NCBI GenBank assembly: GCA_963835575.1
Contig: CAWIGG010000006.1
Location: 320,001 to 384,000, forward strand
Length of the DNA stretch: 64,000 nucleotides
Reading direction: 5' to 3'
Source of the DNA: an uncultured Spirochaetota bacterium
Lineage (GTDB): Bacteria; Spirochaetota; Brevinematia; Brevinematales; JAOACQ01
This document shows positions 61,587 through 64,000 of this stretch, one piece after another. The notes below the pieces were generated by a model. That model searched no databases. It was not told the DNA's origin and saw only the letters and a program-made list of their open reading frames with translations. Each line of letters begins with the position of its first letter. Positions within the stretch are counted from its first letter, which is position 1. The position numbers and the translations under genes are program-made.

Positions 61587-62290
61587 TTACCTGACGGTGT
61601 CATCCGGGGGTAATCCCATGTCTTCATAAAGCTTTTTACGGTTGACCTTGTCCTTTCGTAATTCCCGGAGCGCGTACATGGCGGCATCCGGCGCTATTTT
61701 CCGCGGCACCACGATAACCCCGTCGCCGTCGGCCGCCACCACGTCTCCCGGGTTGACCGTAACGCCGCCCGCCTGGACCGGTATGTCCATGACGTCAAAC
61801 TGCAGGCGGCCCTGGACCATCGACTGCGATATGAATTTTGACCAGAAAGGGATTTTCTGTATTATTAGCTCATCTGTATCGCGAACGCCGCCGTTCGATA
61901 CAAAGCCCGCCGCGCCCCGCTTCAGGCATTCCAGGGTGTTGTGGGAGCCCATCAGCCCGGCGTCCACGCCGCTCCGGTCGATGACAATGAAATCGCCTTC
62001 GGTTATCCCGTCAACCCATGGATAGGTGCAGACATTCCCGTAGTACCAGTCCGACCAGGCCGTGTATTCATCGGGCGTCAGCTTCGGTATGGGGCCGCTG
62101 TACGGCAGGTAGCGGACCGTCCCGTCCTGGCAATACCGCAGGCCCGGACGCGGAATACCGGGCGGATATCATAATCCATGGAGCCGTAAGGATGCATCTG
62201 GAGCCAGTCCATCCCGTCCCTGATGTCGGCCACGCGGAGGTCCTTGAAAAGTTCGAGCAGTTTTTTGTTTTCCGGATCGGCAGGTTTCAT
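61587..62290 (-). pseudogene. RraA/HMG-aldolase family gene frameshifted by a 5-bp duplication
   Basis: LRVADIRDGMD in the 5' part; GGVRD and VNPGDVVAADGDGV in the 3' part; CGTCC tandem at 62118-62127. Confidence 0.8.
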
Positions 62291-62453
62291 AATGGATTCC
62301 TTATACCGGGACCGCTAATGTATCCCTTGATTTTTATTCAATATAAAACAGCGCCGGATAAAAGTCAAAAAGAGCATTATTTGCTTGACATATGGATCCA
62401 TCCGATTTCTGGAGATTGCATAAATTATTTGTTATAATTCTGGAAACTGATAA

Positions 62454-62768
62454 TCCGCTAATTCACGCGAATATACGCGAATTTGGGAAAATATGCGATG
62501 ATTTACAGGAAGACGGAAAGAAGGGAAGAGCTAAAAAATGATTATAATAATAGTTATTACCTATGTAAAAGGATACCGTCATTCCGCTATTTAAGAAACC
62601 TGAAAAAGTATAAAATAAGGAAATGGATTAGGCATATAATAATTATAAAATCCCTAAGGCTTTTGATCAGTAAGGAAATAATAAGCAATAGCCTTATTGT
62701 CCTCCTGTTAATTTAAATATAGCTATAATTCAAGAATTTATTAGTGTGCATTCGCGTGACTTAGCGGA
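62454..62768. repeat. CGCGAAT-type triple-arm element with a degenerate nested CAGGAAG element
   Basis: TCCGCTAATTCACGCGAATATACGCGAAT / ATTAGTGTGCATTCGCGTGACTTAGCGGA. Confidence 0.75.
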
Positions 62769-62823
62769 ATACTAATTAGTATGAGTTGATTATTTTATAA
62801 ATTATGATTTGGATTGTAATGTT

Positions 62824-64000
62824 ATGATTTATATTCTTATGGGTGTTTCCGGGTGCGGGAAAACAACCGTCGGTAAAATTTTCGCGGAAGCGCTGGGTCT
62901 GCCTTTTTATGACGGCGATGATTTTCATTCCGGACCCAATATTGCTAAAATGCGCCGGGGCATTCCTCTTGACGATAACGACCGCTTAGAGTGGCTTCAA
63001 TTGCTGGCTGGTAAAATAATCGAATGGGACCGGCCGGCAGGGGCGGTGCTGGCATGTTCCGCTTTAAAGAAGAGCTACCGGTCGATACTTTCTTCCGGCG
63101 GCAGGGTCCCGGTAACTTTCATACTCCTGGATGGAAGCTATGAACTGGTATCAAAGTATTTAAAGAGGCGCAAAGGGCACTTTTTCCCCGTAAAGCTTTT
63201 AAAAAGCCAGTTTGAAATACTGGAAAGGCCGGAAGACGGAATTACGGTCAATATCGATCAGACGCCCCGGGCCGTATGCGGAGAAATACTGGAAGGCTTA
63301 AAGCGGACGAAAGAGGGTAAAGAAGTGAAAAAGAGCGACATAGGTATTTACGGATTGGGAGTTATGGGACAAAACCTGGCCCTTAATTTTTCCGGCCATG
63401 GTTATGCAGTTTCAGTATACAACAGGCCTCTGAGAGAAGAAAAAAAAGCCGTATCGGAATTTATCGCGGATAGATGCCCGGGAAAAGACATTATCTGTTT
63501 CAACGGGATCGGTGAATTCACCGCTTCCCTCTCAAAGCCCAGAAAAATATTAATTATGATAAAAGCGGGCAAGGCAGTTGATAAAGTCATCAAAGAGCTT
63601 CTGCCCTTCCTTTCCGAAGACGATATTATCATTGACGGCGGGAACTCGCATTACGCGGACACAGAAAGAAGGCTCTTAAAACTCGGATCATCCGGGATCG
63701 GTTATATCGGCTGCGGTATTTCAGGCGGCAGCGAGGGAGCCCTGAATGGGCCTTCTATCATGCCGGGGGGATCGCGCAAAGCATGGTTAATGATCGAGAG
63801 CATGTTTAAATCAGTCGCCGCCAGATATGACGGATCTCCATGCTGCGAATGGATCGGCGAAGGCGGAGCGGGCCATTTTGTTAAAATGGTCCACAACGGC
63901 ATCGAGTATTCCATCATGCAGCTGATCGCGGAAGTCTTTGACATCATGACAAGAATGCTGAAAATGAAATTGCCGGACATCTATAAAGTTTTTTCATCCT
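62824..64000 (+). CDS. gnd: Gluconokinase fused to NADP-dependent 6-phosphogluconate dehydrogenase (runs off window)
   Basis: Manual translation: MGVSGCGKTT, DGDDFH, CSALKKSYR, then in frame GLGVMGQNLALN, IDGGNS, ISGG, VKMVHNGIEY. Confidence 0.92.
   Translation, partial: MIYILMGVSGCGKTTVGKIFAEALGLPFYDGDDFHSGPNIAKMRRGIPLDDNDRLEWLQLLAGKIIEWDRPAGAVLACSALKKSYRSILSSGGRVPVTFILLDGSYELVSKYLKRRKGHFFPVKLLKSQFEILERPEDGITVNIDQTPRAVCGEILEGLKRTKEGKEVKKSDIGIYGLGVMGQNLALNFSGHGYAVSVYNRPLREEKKAVSEFIADRCPGKDIICFNGIGEFTASLSKPRKILIMIKAGKAVDKVIKELLPFLSEDDIIIDGGNSHYADTERRLLKLGSSGIGYIGCGISGGSEGALNGPSIMPGGSRKAWLMIESMFKSVAARYDGSPCCEWIGEGGAGHFVKMVHNGIEYSIMQLIAEVFDIMTRMLKMKLPDIYKVFSS

Noticed and set aside
62483..62716. 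77-aa ORF inside a repeat element
   Set aside because: TTG start, very AT-rich, no similarity to GxxExxY or other recognisable proteins.

Overview
A 64-kb stretch of bacterial chromosome. A spirochaete-like host is a weak guess from lipoprotein signals and LacI-GGDEF / HD-GYP content. It holds ~50 genes: housekeeping (IMPase, apgM, pgsA-like, ygiQ, lgt, mutL, folC fusion, trans-sulfuration enzyme, gntK-gnd fusion), surface glycosylation, two ABC export loci, c-di-GMP enzymes and a thioester-less alpha-2-macroglobulin-like protein. Two intact IS elements carry TIRs and TSDs (IS5 family 23360-24643; single-ORF IS66 26190-27709), and five genes are frameshifted or deleted. The most striking signal is non-coding: most large intergenic gaps hold nested palindromic elements. 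These are (i) at least ten elements whose inverted arms are three tandem 9-10 bp units; (ii) mini-hairpins resembling the resident IS5 ends, including a 153-bp structured unit present twice 39 kb apart; (iii) CGTC-type and CCTGAG...CGAAGG REP-like palindromes; and (iv) a 99-bp MITE with a 3-bp TSD inserted in a type (i) arm. No rRNA, tRNA or CRISPR array was seen. All functional calls rest on motif recognition, not database searches.
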